A stretch of 64,000 nucleotides of DNA. Source: an uncultured virus (IMG/VR IMGVR_UViG_2579778687_000002). Taxonomy: Duplodnaviria > Heunggongvirae > Uroviricota > Caudoviricetes. Location of the stretch: the IMG/VR virus record IMGVR_UViG_2579778687_000002, one strand, 5' to 3'. A model generated the notes under the pieces. That model did not search any database and was not told the DNA's origin. It saw only the letters and a list, made by a program, of their open reading frames with translations. Positions 1 to 10,100 of the stretch are shown piece after piece. Within the stretch, counting starts at the first letter, position 1. Each line of letters starts with the position of its first letter. A program made the translations under genes and the position numbers.

Positions 1-149
1 ATGTTCACCGCCTTCGCCTTCCGCGGCCGCCAACCTTATACCGTTCGCCGGAACACAGCCCAGGGCGCGACCTTGCGCCCGAAACTGGCGAACCGGCCGG
101 ATGCGCCGGCTTCCGCCGGGAAGTCCTGAACTGCGGAGCGTCTACGGCC

Positions 150-371
150 TCATTGGCAACGGATCACGCCGCTGGCGATTTCGTCGTCGATGGAGCGCAG
201 CGCATCGGCATCCTGGTGCATCTGCTCGATCACCTCGAGCAGGCGCTGCGCCAGCTTCGGATCGTTCGCCCGCTCGACGGCGCGCATGACCTCGACCGCA
301 GCCGATTCATGATTGTTCGCCATCTGCTTGAGAGCCTTGCGCAAGCGCTGCTCGGTCCATTTCATCGACAT
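150..371 (-). CDS. small helical hypothetical protein (host side of att)
   Basis: 73-aa ORF with amphipathic helical pattern; similar to phage ORFs at 40347-40583 and 62649-62882. Confidence 0.75.
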   Translation of the reverse strand: MSMKWTEQRLRKALKQMANNHESAAVEVMRAVERANDPKLAQRLLEVIEQMHQDADALRSIDDEIASGVIRCQ

Positions 372-520
372 GTCGCTTCACCCAGACTGCATATACGGAC
401 CCGCCAGGAACGACAGGCTCGCTTAAGAGCGCCGGACCCGGAACAAGTTCAACCTGCCGTCGCGCCCATGAGGGCGGATTGGGTACCGGAAAGGCAAGCG
501 GAGAAGAGATCGTGAAGCGC

Positions 521-550
521 AAACGAAAACGCCAGGCACAAGGCCTGGCG
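521..550 (-). terminator. intrinsic terminator of the tRNA operon
   Basis: minus strand CGCCAGGC-cttgt-GCCTGGCG followed by TTTTCGTTT, just downstream of tRNA-His. Confidence 0.8.
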
Positions 551-560
551 CTTCGAAATA

Positions 561-637
561 TGGGGTGGACGATGGGAATCGAACCCACGACACCAGGAGC
601 CACAATCCTGTGCTCTACCAACTGAGCTACGCCCACC
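561..637 (-). tRNA. tRNA-His (GTG)
   Basis: reverse complement GGTGGGCGTAGCTCAGTTGGTAGAGCACAGGATTGTGGCTCCTGGTGTCGTGGGTTCGATTCCCATCGTCCACCCCA; D loop, GTG anticodon, TTCG T loop and CCA end present. Confidence 0.97.
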
Positions 638-702
638 ATATCGTGAATCGTGCCGGACGTTCCGGCTTCAACCGCAGCGGCCGGACAAGCCGAGCCTGAA
701 GG

Positions 703-719
703 TGGTGCGGACGGAGAGA
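703..719 (-). mobile_element. prophage att core, duplicated 3' end of a tRNA (tRNA-Leu-like)
   Basis: minus strand TCTCTCCGTCCGCACCA looks like a tRNA T-stem 3' half, acceptor strand and CCA with no tRNA body upstream; composition turns AT-rich right after. The Leu identity relies on recalled P. aeruginosa Arg-His-Leu-His cluster order. Confidence 0.8.
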
Positions 720-734
720 ACCAAACCGAGCGCC

Positions 735-747
735 TAACACCTTGATT
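735..747 (-). promoter_or_regulatory. IHF binding site in att arm
   Basis: minus strand AATCAAGGTGTTA matches the IHF consensus WATCAANNNNTTR, about 15 bp from the att core. Confidence 0.65.
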
Positions 748-777
748 TGTAAAGCGAAAATGAATTTATCAAAAGGA

Positions 778-799
778 CAATGTACTAGTCAATGTACTA
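778..799. repeat. tandem direct repeat, probable integrase arm-type sites
   Basis: CAATGTACTA at 778-787 and 790-799 (12-bp period) close to the att core. Confidence 0.6.
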
Positions 800-907
800 T
801 TTCATTTTGGCTGCGAAATTCTACCTTTAACACGCAGAAACTGCTATTGCACGGGACCGTTTTCATGGCGACCCCGAACCTATCCATTCGTCGGCCAGCC
901 ACATATA

Positions 908-923
908 CTGTATATAAATACAG
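908..923. promoter_or_regulatory. LexA (SOS) box
   Basis: CTGTATATAAATACAG = CTG-N10-CAG with AT-rich spacer. Confidence 0.8.
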
Positions 924-1110
924 CATAATTTCCGACCCACTCGTCCGCCGGTGATTTCCATATTTCGGTCACCACCACGAAAAAAGCAGCAATTAGGCGG
1001 AAATAGAGATAGGCTGGCTCAGCAGGTTTGTCTTGAATCTGCCTGGGCCTTAAGCCCCCCCCGCCTTGAGGCCCAGCCTTCCCTACTTTTTAGGTCGGGA
1101 GCTATCACTC

Positions 1111-1233
1111 ATGAAGACAAAGCGAACCTCAGACAAAAGATCGCACGGCGATGCTGAAGCATGGCTGGCACTGGCTATTTGGATTGTCGTTATCGCGGCA
1201 GCTAATGCTTGGTGGCACCTCCTCATCAAGTAA
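1111..1233 (+). CDS. 40-aa single-helix membrane peptide (not in ORF track)
   Basis: MKTKRTSDKRSHGDAEAWLALAIWIVVIAAANAWWHLLIK; GGGAG Shine-Dalgarno at 1097-1101. Confidence 0.55.
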   Translation: MKTKRTSDKRSHGDAEAWLALAIWIVVIAAANAWWHLLIK

Positions 1234-1410
1234 CCTATTTAGGTCTGTATGTGTGACGCCAGATCGGATCGGAATCAGCGCTCCGCTTCATAGGCTGCTA
1301 CGCCTGAACCGGCGGCGATCCATCCATCCGGCGAGTGCGGACTTTCGCAGATCGACACTTCCACTGCCTGGTCCTCTTTGGGCTCGGCTGGAAGGCCGTA
1401 GTCTACAACT

Positions 1411-2037
1411 TCAGGGGCACACCATGTTCCCGCCAACAAGCTCACACGCTGGCCCACCATTCGCCGGGAAGTGAGTATTTCCAGCGCCTCGGTTGTACCT
1501 AGCCCCGTTGCTGTCCCAGCACCCACTGTCATCACAACTGGTAAGGACTCCTGGTGCTCCAGGTGCCGTCGGTGCTCGCCTTGCACTGCCACCGGCCGGC
1601 GCGGGTGTAGTAGGCATAGGAACTGAAACACCCGCGCACAACTGCGCGGCGGCGGCAAGCTGAGCAGAGGTCAGCCCTCCACGAGATCCGGGATAGGGCG
1701 TCGAGGCCTCTTTGCAAAGCCTTTTCCGCTCACGTTCTGCATCGTTGTCGCCCCCGACGACGTTAACTTGAACGCCAGACCGCACCGAGGGCGCAACGCG
1801 ATCTGGTACCTCAGGTTGAGGCGGCGGATTTCGGTACTGCGAGCTGTCGAGGGTGTTCGCCGGCGCAACGTCTATCGCGGCCGCTGAGTGACCCGCTGCA
1901 CACCCTTGATCTGAAAAGGTTATTTTCCCGCTGCTGTCGATGCATTTGAAGACCTGGGCAGGTGCGGATATAGGCAGTGAGAGCAGAGTCACTACGGCGA
2001 TAGGTGCCGCAGTTCGAATAGCGACCTTGATGTACAT
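1411..2037 (-). CDS. exported DUF4124-like protein (accessory gene)
   Basis: signal-peptide-like N terminus then VFKCIDSSGKITFSDQGC; Cys-rich C terminus; AAGGA SD; start could be 2043. Confidence 0.75.
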   Translation of the reverse strand: MYIKVAIRTAAPIAVVTLLSLPISAPAQVFKCIDSSGKITFSDQGCAAGHSAAAIDVAPANTLDSSQYRNPPPQPEVPDRVAPSVRSGVQVNVVGGDNDAERERKRLCKEASTPYPGSRGGLTSAQLAAAAQLCAGVSVPMPTTPAPAGGSARRAPTAPGAPGVLTSCDDSGCWDSNGARYNRGAGNTHFPANGGPACELVGGNMVCP

Positions 2038-2151
2038 GGCCATCGTTCCTTTGGTTGAAGCTCCGTGGAATGCGGTAATGTCCCCCCTCACCTTCCGCCT
2101 GCGCAAGGCCCTGTGCCTTCAAATGCGCCATCCATGGCATATTGCATTCAT

Positions 2152-2745
2152 CTACGGCGCAGCCGACTCCAGAGCCTTGATTCGCGCCGAAACCGCTACG
2201 AACGCATCTTGAACGCTGGAGGCTGCAGCCAACCCACTGGCAGCATCAGCAGTGATTGCATGGTTGTGGTCGCCAGCCGCCGCGGTAGTAGCGGTTGTAC
2301 CGATCGCAAGGCTGGATGTTCCCGCGCCAATAGCCCCCCTTGCTGTCGCGGCATCAGTACCAGCCGCAATAACAGCCGGTTTCCCTGTCACATCCCCCCA
2401 GGCAGGCGCATAGTTTCCCGCTTTGGCGGTGGTTGCGGTAATGCCCAACTGCAGATTAGAAGTGCCGGCCCCGATTGCTGCACGCCCGTCTTCCTCGTTG
2501 ACGGCCGTCAGCAGAGATTTGCCGATGACAGAAGCATCGGTGATGTCCTCCACCACGATGGTGACAGGTCCGGTGCCACTACCATCCGGCGTGCCCTTGA
2601 CCAAAGCCTGGTAGACGGCCTTGTCGTCGGGGTAAAGCAGGATAGGCGCACCGAGCGGCTGCCAGCCATCGGCGATGGCCTCGGTCATGAAGCGCTCGAT
2701 CTGGTCGATAGGTGCCTTGAGCACCCGATATGCGGTGTAGGCCAT
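2152..2745 (-). CDS. phage protein, DUF1737-like N terminus plus Ala/Gly/Thr-rich fibre-like repeats
   Basis: 197 aa; EAIADGWQPLG motif; two ARxAIGAGTSxL-like repeats; GGAGG SD. Confidence 0.7.
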   Translation of the reverse strand: MAYTAYRVLKAPIDQIERFMTEAIADGWQPLGAPILLYPDDKAVYQALVKGTPDGSGTGPVTIVVEDITDASVIGKSLLTAVNEEDGRAAIGAGTSNLQLGITATTAKAGNYAPAWGDVTGKPAVIAAGTDAATARGAIGAGTSSLAIGTTATTAAAGDHNHAITADAASGLAAASSVQDAFVAVSARIKALESAAP

Positions 2746-2755
2746 GGTTTCCTCC

Positions 2756-3277
2756 CTACGGGGTCGGCTCTTGGGGAATCAACCGGGCGCGACACGAGTT
2801 GTAGGCCGCGCTCAGGGTTTCGACTTCGCTCAGGGAGTCGTTAAAGCGTCGAGAATTTTCTTCCGGTAGTAGCCCGTAGGCCGAGGCGGCGTCTCCTGTA
2901 CCAGCTTCGGCGGTGCCGGCTGCGTCACCTGCGGCGCCACCACTACAGCCCCCACCTGCGGCGGGGACGATGCGCACGCGCACAGGGCGGTCGCGCAGCT
3001 CACCAGCAAGGCGAGCGATTTCAGCTTTAGCATCGGCATCCTTCCTTTCCTGGTCGGCGGCCTGCTTGTTCAGGGCCGCCTGTTTCATGTCGCGCTGGGC
3101 GGTCAACTCGGCCAGCTTGTCGGCGGCCTCGCGGTTCTGCCGCTTCATCTGTCCGACCAGTTCACCGTACTCGCGCACCATCGACACACGTCCGCCGAGA
3201 TAACCCAGGCCGACCAGCAGCGCCGTGGCAAACAAGGCCAGCAGCGCGCCGACTATCCATTCCTTGATGGCACCCAT
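2756..3277 (-). CDS. i-spanin (Rz-like)
   Basis: N-terminal TM helix, coiled coil, follows endolysin. Confidence 0.85.
   Translation of the reverse strand: MGAIKEWIVGALLALFATALLVGLGYLGGRVSMVREYGELVGQMKRQNREAADKLAELTAQRDMKQAALNKQAADQERKDADAKAEIARLAGELRDRPVRVRIVPAAGGGCSGGAAGDAAGTAEAGTGDAASAYGLLPEENSRRFNDSLSEVETLSAAYNSCRARLIPQEPTP
2830..3039 (-). CDS. o-spanin lipoprotein (Rz1-like), embedded in Rz in another frame
   Basis: hydrophobic signal, lipobox LCAC, Pro-rich mature part. Confidence 0.75.
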   Translation of the reverse strand: MPMLKLKSLALLVSCATALCACASSPPQVGAVVVAPQVTQPAPPKLVQETPPRPTGYYRKKILDALTTP

Positions 3278-3280
3278 GCG

Positions 3281-3808
3281 TCACTCCTGCGCGGCGATGC
3301 ACTGCGCATGCCGCTTTTGTTGGCGCGTCCACACGCCCTTGCAGCCCTGCGGCCCCCAGTTCTTCGGCAGCGAGCAGTCGCGGCCTGCCTGGTTGCGCCA
3401 CTTCAGCAGGTCGTCGCACGCCTGCTGGTAGTTGCCGGCGAGCAAGTCGCGGCGCATCGAGCTACCGCGCCAGTTGGTGATGCCGAACTGGCCCGTGAAA
3501 TCCAGGTACAGGTCATACTCCTCCTGGAACAGCTTCACGCCGGGCAACGAGTCGCGGAACTGCTGTTCGTCCTTCGCCATCAGGTTGCGCGCGAGTTGTT
3601 CGCCGCGCTGGCGGGTGATCGGCGGATCGGTCAGCTTCACCGATTGGCCATTCTCGTAGCGGGTGGAGCCGTAACCGATGGTCGGAACGTCGCCCTTGGT
3701 TGGCACGTATGGTTTCGCGCTGAAATCCTCCGACTTCATCCAGGCGCCGAAGCCGGCCAGGCTGACGGTCAGCGCAGCAACCAGCACGCGGTTACGGCTG
3801 TTCGACAT
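3281..3808 (-). CDS. endolysin, GH24 lysozyme, probable SAR type
   Basis: weakly hydrophobic N-terminal segment followed by E...Y...DVPTIGYGST and C-terminal GVWTRQ motif. Confidence 0.88.
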   Translation of the reverse strand: MSNSRNRVLVAALTVSLAGFGAWMKSEDFSAKPYVPTKGDVPTIGYGSTRYENGQSVKLTDPPITRQRGEQLARNLMAKDEQQFRDSLPGVKLFQEEYDLYLDFTGQFGITNWRGSSMRRDLLAGNYQQACDDLLKWRNQAGRDCSLPKNWGPQGCKGVWTRQQKRHAQCIAAQE

Positions 3809-4049
3809 CGCCACGCCCCCGGATGGCCTCGATGCGGGCAGCGCTCTCGGCTGATTCGCGGCGGTCGCGGCGAACCTGGAAATAGATATTGGCCAGCAGA
3901 CCGATGACGGCGACCAGCACGCCGATCAGCCCCACCCAGTTGATCTGCGCCAGCCAGCCCAACGCGCCCGCAAGGGCGCCAGCCAGCGTGGTCTTGTTGG
4001 CCACCGAAACGCCCACCACCTCTACCGCCATTCCGGCCCTCTCCGACAT
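3792..4049 (-). CDS. holin with two TM helices
   Basis: two hydrophobic segments and basic tail RRDRR, directly upstream of endolysin. Confidence 0.85.
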   Translation of the reverse strand: MSERAGMAVEVVGVSVANKTTLAGALAGALGWLAQINWVGLIGVLVAVIGLLANIYFQVRRDRRESAESAARIEAIRGRGDVEQP

Positions 4050-4125
4050 AACTCCACCCTCCAAAGGCCGGGGCATCACGCCCCGGCTTCTTGGGCAGGT
4101 AGTTTTCGGTACAGCCAGAGAACGG

Positions 4126-4142
4126 CAAATCCTTACAGGGGG
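4126..4142 (-). promoter_or_regulatory. late promoter motif copy upstream of lysis cassette
   Basis: minus strand CCCCCTGTAAGGATTTG, variant of the motif at 17622, 34962 and 40240. Confidence 0.55.
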
Positions 4143-4143
4143 T

Positions 4144-7100
4144 TCAGTCCAGCGTTGCGCGGGTGCGCTCCAGATCCTCTCGCATCTGCTGCCGCATCGC
4201 TTTCGGTGCGGTCTTCGCTATCCGTTCGTCCTTCGATAGCGACATTTCGCGGACTCGTCGCATGATGTCTGGCACTCGGATGGCCATTGGCTGGTCAGGG
4301 TTGCGCCGATTCCAGTCGGCTATTGCTTGCCGCGCGCGCTCAACCTTGCCCTGGTCTTTCTCGAAGATGCCGGCCGCCCACATACTGCGAATTTCCTGGG
4401 CTTTCAAGTTGTAGAAGGCCTTTGCTTTCTGGTTGAGCATGTTGGCCCCTTGGATAGTGGCTACGCTGGCCGGCTGGAAGCCGATGGACTTCATAGCGGC
4501 CTCGAGCACGTTGGTGTCGAGCACCTTGTAGCCCTTGGCGTCCCTATACATACCAGTGGCCAGCATATCCACGCCTTTGGCCGCATTTCGCACCGCGCCC
4601 GGCGACATCTCCAGGATACCGCTGCCGATATCACCTCCCAGCACCTTGCGAGTGCCACTCGCTAATCGGCTGGCAAAGTCTCCCATCGGGCCAGCTATTT
4701 CCAGAACGTCTCGCGTATGGCTGGTCTTTTCAGTTAGCAGACCGGTACCGGGTATCAAGTTCCCCATACCCAGCCGACCCGAGACATCGAGCGGAGCACC
4801 AGGCAGCCCGGACACCCCGCGGTCAATGAAGTCGGCAAGCACGCGACCGAACAGACCTTCAAGAAACTCCTGCTTGGCCTTCGCGGTAGAGAAGTTGTAG
4901 CCCATGAGTTGCGCCGCACCGTCGATCAGGTCTTCGGCGTCTTCGGCGAACGGCAAGCCACCGGCGCCGCCGACGAGCAGCAGCATGCCGATCATCAGGG
5001 CAGCAGCCTTCCGACCGTCCTTGCGCTCCTGCGAACCAGGCTCACCCTGATTCCACAAGCGATGCATCAGCTCAAGATAGGCCACGCTGTACGTCTTGAA
5101 GGTCATCAATGTGCCGCCGACGGCACCACGCCCCCAGCGCATCTTGCTGGCCTTGGAGTATACGAACTGCGTCTCGCGCACGGCCCGGCGTGCGAACTCG
5201 TCAGGATTGGCCATGTTCTGCGCTTTGGCGACGCGATACGACGCGATGTAGGTCATGCGGCGGTTGATCTGCTCTGCGGCGCCGAACAACTTGCCCCAGG
5301 CCATCGACAGGCGCGCCACGCTGTTGGACGCAAGTGCTCGAGCATCACCCAAGCGCGTCCCGTCCCCCGCGCGCAGCGAGCCGGCGCCGCGTGCCTGCGC
5401 CATCAACTGGTGGACCTCCTGCGGGGACACCACCCCATCATCCTCTGCGCGCTTTAATGCCCGGGCCAGGTCCGGTTCGAACTGATAGGAGCGCTGCGCC
5501 ATCTGTCGTGCTGCCCGCCCCAGTTCCGCCGCAGCGCGCTTCACCCCGCCATACTGACTCAGCCAGGGAAAAGTCACTTGGACCGGCTGGGTCATGTTGA
5601 CGAAGGCAGACGCGACGGACCCGCCGAGGTACTGCGCAAACAGCAGTCCGCGCACCGCCTGCCCCTCCTCTTGCGGGTTCTTGATGTAGTCGGCCAGCCG
5701 TACCGCGGCGTCCTTCAGTTCGCCCTGCGCCTGCGGGATGCCGTTCACAGCCTCGGAAAGGTCGCCCATGTGCAGGCCAGCGGCGGTTTGCCGCGCATTG
5801 GAGTATACGAACGAGGCCAGTACCCGCCCTACGTCCTCGCTATAACCAGCGATGCCCTTTCGGTGAATAAGCCGGCGCATTGCGCTGCGGTTGGTCTTTG
5901 TCAGGCGCAGGTAGTCTTGGAAAGCCTGATCACGTGCGCTATCGCCCTGTGAGTCGAAACCGAGGGCGTTGCCGAACAGTTCCAGCGTTTCCGGTGTGAT
6001 GCCGGCGAATAGCTTGTACGCTTCCTCGGACAGGGTGCCCTGGCTCACGGTGGCGCCAGGAAACGCGCCACGCATCTGCTCAGCCATTTGGTTGGCCTCG
6101 CGCTTCGTCTCGAACAGGCTGAAGTATTCACGCTGACCATCCTGACCCACCACGTCCACTGTGTACTTGCCGAAGCGCGACAGCGGTGCATAGCCCTCGC
6201 CCTGCAACTGGGCGACCTTCTCGGCGCGATCCGTCATGCCGTGTGCCAGGTTCAGCAGGTTCGTGGCGCGTTCCGGCCATGCATCAGCCATCTGCGCCAG
6301 GTGGTCGCGCAGTATCGCGGCCCCCTCCTGCGCATCGGCCGCGTCCATCACCTGGTCGCGCAGTTCCTTCACATCCTCGCCGCCGAAGCGCAGCATGTCG
6401 GCGCGGGCCATGGTGTCCAGACTACGGTCGGTGGCGGCGCGGAACTCGCGGTACAGCGCGACCTGAGCATCGTTGAGCTTCCATATGTCGCGCAGCTCAG
6501 CGTCGGTCCAGACGATGCCTGCCTTGAGCATCTGCGCCTCGTAGCGGCTGTCGATCATCTTGGCGAACTGCTCGGGGCTCAGGCCGCGCCAGGCGCGCAG
6601 CAGTCCCTCGGGAATCTTGCCCTGCTTCAGCAGGATGTCCGCCTTCTCGTCGGCCGTCAGACGCATGGCGCGCTCAGCCAGCGAATCGACGCGCACCGGC
6701 TTGCCGTCCACGTCGCGCGCCCACATCAGCGTGCCCTCGAATACCGGCTTGGCCACCGCCTTGTTGTCCTCAGCGCCCACCGGGGACTTTGCAATGTCGC
6801 GCCAGGTTTCCAGCTTCGGCAGCAGTTTCGGCGCCAGATCAGCCGCATCGCTGGCGTAATAGCTCACGTCATCGATAAATCCTTGCGCCGACTCGAAGAC
6901 CGGCTTGAATGCCGGGGAACGCTCTGCGAGGTTGTACATGGTGCCGATGGTCTTGTGCCACCAGGACAGGCCTCCCGGAGCGCTGAAGGTCTTGTTCAGT
7001 TCGGCGGTAGCCTTGCTGGTGAGTTCGCGCAGACCGGAGCGACTGAACTGCGGACCTTCGGGTTCATTCAGGCTTGCGGTCAGCAGCCGCTGGAGTACAC

Positions 7101-10100
7101 TGGCTACGTCTCCTGAACTGGACGAGCCGGAAGGCTGCGCTGCCATCATGGCATCAGCACCGGATACTCGACGGTTCAGGAGATATTCTTTTGTGGCCAC
7201 CGAATGCAGATACATGCGCTGCATGTTCGGATCGCGGCGCACCAACACAGTCACGATGTCATCCTTATCGTCGATCACCACCGGCGCCGACACGTAGAAA
7301 CTCTCCCCCTTCTCATAGTCCGCGCGGTGAACCACCACACCTCGCTCCAGCACGTCCTTGACGGCCGCGAACGCCGAGAACTTGTATGGGTTGGCCTTGC
7401 CATGCGCCATCGAGTCGCGCACAGCGCGCATATCCAGCACCACGTCGCCCAGGTCCGGGTTCACTGCCTTGCCACCTTGAGACTCGAATAGCTTCGCCGC
7501 CCACTCGCGAACCGCAGCGAAGCCCTGTGGTGCTTCATTTCCCTCCAGGATGGCCACCGGCGGGCCTTGCAGCACGCGCGCCTTTCGCATGTCGTCCTGG
7601 CTCATGGCTAGGCCGTCGCCCCGTACCCGGCCTTCGGCGGCGCTTTCCACGCCAGCCATCGCATATCGCACCAGATCGTCCACGCTGATACGGCCAACCG
7701 GCAGACCGTGGCGCAGCATCCACTGACGGATGTTGGCCAGGAACCTACGCAGGAAGTCACCCACCTGCTTGCCCAGCGCACTGTCTACCCAGGACAGGAA
7801 CCGGCTATCAGCCTCGGCGAACCCCTGCTCTCGCCCTTCAATAACAGCCTGCTCCACGATATACGGAGCGGCCTCCTTCATGTTGCGGCTCTCGCCGGCC
7901 TCGATCATGCGGCTGGCCACACGGTCCAGGAAGGTGCGCAGTTCGGCGCTCCGCACGTTGCCGCGATTCATCAGCATGGCGTGGGCAGCCTGGTCGAGAT
8001 TCTGCCGCTGCTGGCCGTGAACCATTTCGTGAAGCACCACGGCCGGTGCGGTTACCGGATTCAGGTTCGGGCCGACCAGAAAAGTTAGACCTGATCTGGC
8101 ATCGTAGAAGCCATTGATGCGCCCGCCATCCTCAAACAGTTGAACGGCATCGCTCAGTGCGGTACCGGATTTCCGCGCGTAGGTGTGCGCGATGCGCAAC
8201 GGGTCGGCGCTGTCGATCACCACCAAGCCGCCCCGTTGTCCTTCCTTGCCGCGCTTCAGCATCTTGCGCACAGCCTGGCCCAGGGCTGGGAACTGCAGGT
8301 CGAAAGCACGAACCAGGCTTTGCGAGGTCATCGGCGGACTCCCCGTCAGGTTCTGCGGCAACGGGCCATTCTCGATGTCGCGGCCATTGAACGACACCAG
8401 CACCTGACTTGCAGGGATGTCCGCCGACTCATCGGGTGCGATGTCCCGGCGCAGGCGCGGCGTCATTTTCAGCCGAGCCTGCGTGTTGCGCGCCTCCACC
8501 TCTCCAGCCAAACGACGATAGGTCGCCGCACCAGTCTTGTCGAAGTTGCTGACGAAAGCCCTGGCCGAGCCACCCATGGCGAAACCTTCCCGGATCTGTA
8601 TCGCATGCTGGAGTTCGTGCAGGATCGCCGAGGCAACCTCGGTGCGCGGCATGTTCGCCTGAACCTCAACTTGGTTACCCGTGGCGAACCGACGTAGGCG
8701 AGCCAGCGCAGTGATGCCCTCTGGCATCACTGCCACCGGGATACGCTGCAGGTCAGGATATGCAGCGAACAGTTGAGGATGGTTGAGCACATCGCCGACG
8801 GTCGGTCGACTGCGCTCGTCGTTGATGGCATTGAGGTGGGCCATATTGATGATGGCGCCAGCAGTCTCACCGGCCACGGCGATGCTGGCCTGATGATCGC
8901 TGATTTCGAAGCGCCACTTGCCATCAGCGCTACGGTGCCAACCGGTATCTCGGCGAACGGCCTCGGCGTTTTCGCCAATGGCGATGCGCTGCTGTGCGGT
9001 GCTCAGGGCATGCAGGTTGGCGCCGACGGCATTGCGGCCGGCGAACGAGTACTGCACGGGCGGTTGTTCGCCGGGCTGCGGCGCTGCCGACTCTTCGGCT
9101 GCCGGCTTGTCAATCACCACCATGCGTGCGTTCACGCCGGTATTGACGGGTAGCGCCGGGTCCATAAACGAACCTTCCGGCAGCCGTTCACTGGTGGCAC
9201 CCAGGCCGTCCAGCCAGGCCCGGAAGTTCTCGGCGGCCTTGTTGCTCTGGAAGAAGGCGCCTTCGCCCATGATGGCAACCAGGCGGCCGCCGGGCTTCAG
9301 CAGGCTGTAGGCGTGCTGTACGTGCTGGATGTCGCGCCCCTTGGAGAACGGCGGGTTCATCACGATACGGTCGTACTGCTTGCCGGACACCTCCATGAAG
9401 TCGGAGCCGACCAGGTTGTAGCCCTTGGCCTCCAGCAACTCGCGGCGTTCGCTGGAAAGCTCCACCACATCGGGCTCTACGCCGGTCTGCTCGCGGATCG
9501 CGTCGGCCATATGGCCCATGCCGGCGGAAGGCTCCAGCACGTCCATGCCTTCCTGGATGTCGGCGGCGTCGACGGCTTCCTCGGTGACGGCGGCCGAAGT
9601 CGGGAAGAAGTCCAGTCCGTCATTTCGACGGCCGATCATGGACCGTTCCATTTCCCTGATCTTGTCGGGCTCGGCGGGCGCCTCGCGCAGCGCTACGAAC
9701 TCGCGCAGTGCAGAGCGGTACTCGCTGCCGGTGAGGATGCCCATGCTCTCCAGGCGCTTGCGCTTTTCGTGCGCGCTCTCCAGCGCCCACGGAACGGTGA
9801 TCTTGCTGCCACTGCGCCGGCCGAGGGCCTGCACCAGTTCGCCGCCGAACTCGCCGGACAGCGTTATGCGCTTGTCGCCGTCGCCCTGCCAGAGGCCCAG
9901 CTTCATGGCTTCGCTGGGGGCCATGACGATGCGGTTCTGCCCGCGTTTCACCGGAAGCACGATGGCCTTGCCGGTGAGGCCGGAGCGGCGAATGGCACGC
10001 TCGGCATCCTCGCGACTCTTGAAGTCGGCGAACTGGTCACCGCGGGTGAAGCGGCTGACGGACAGAAGATTCTGCTTGGCCCAGTCCGTGTAGGCCTCGG

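Noticed and set aside
307..639. ORFs overlapping tRNA-His (307-639, 423-605)
   Set aside because: Artefacts of reading through the tRNA gene
789..866. 25-aa minus-strand ORF MKTVPCNSSF... below the LexA box
   Set aside because: Weak SD, overlaps att arm sites, no protein-like features
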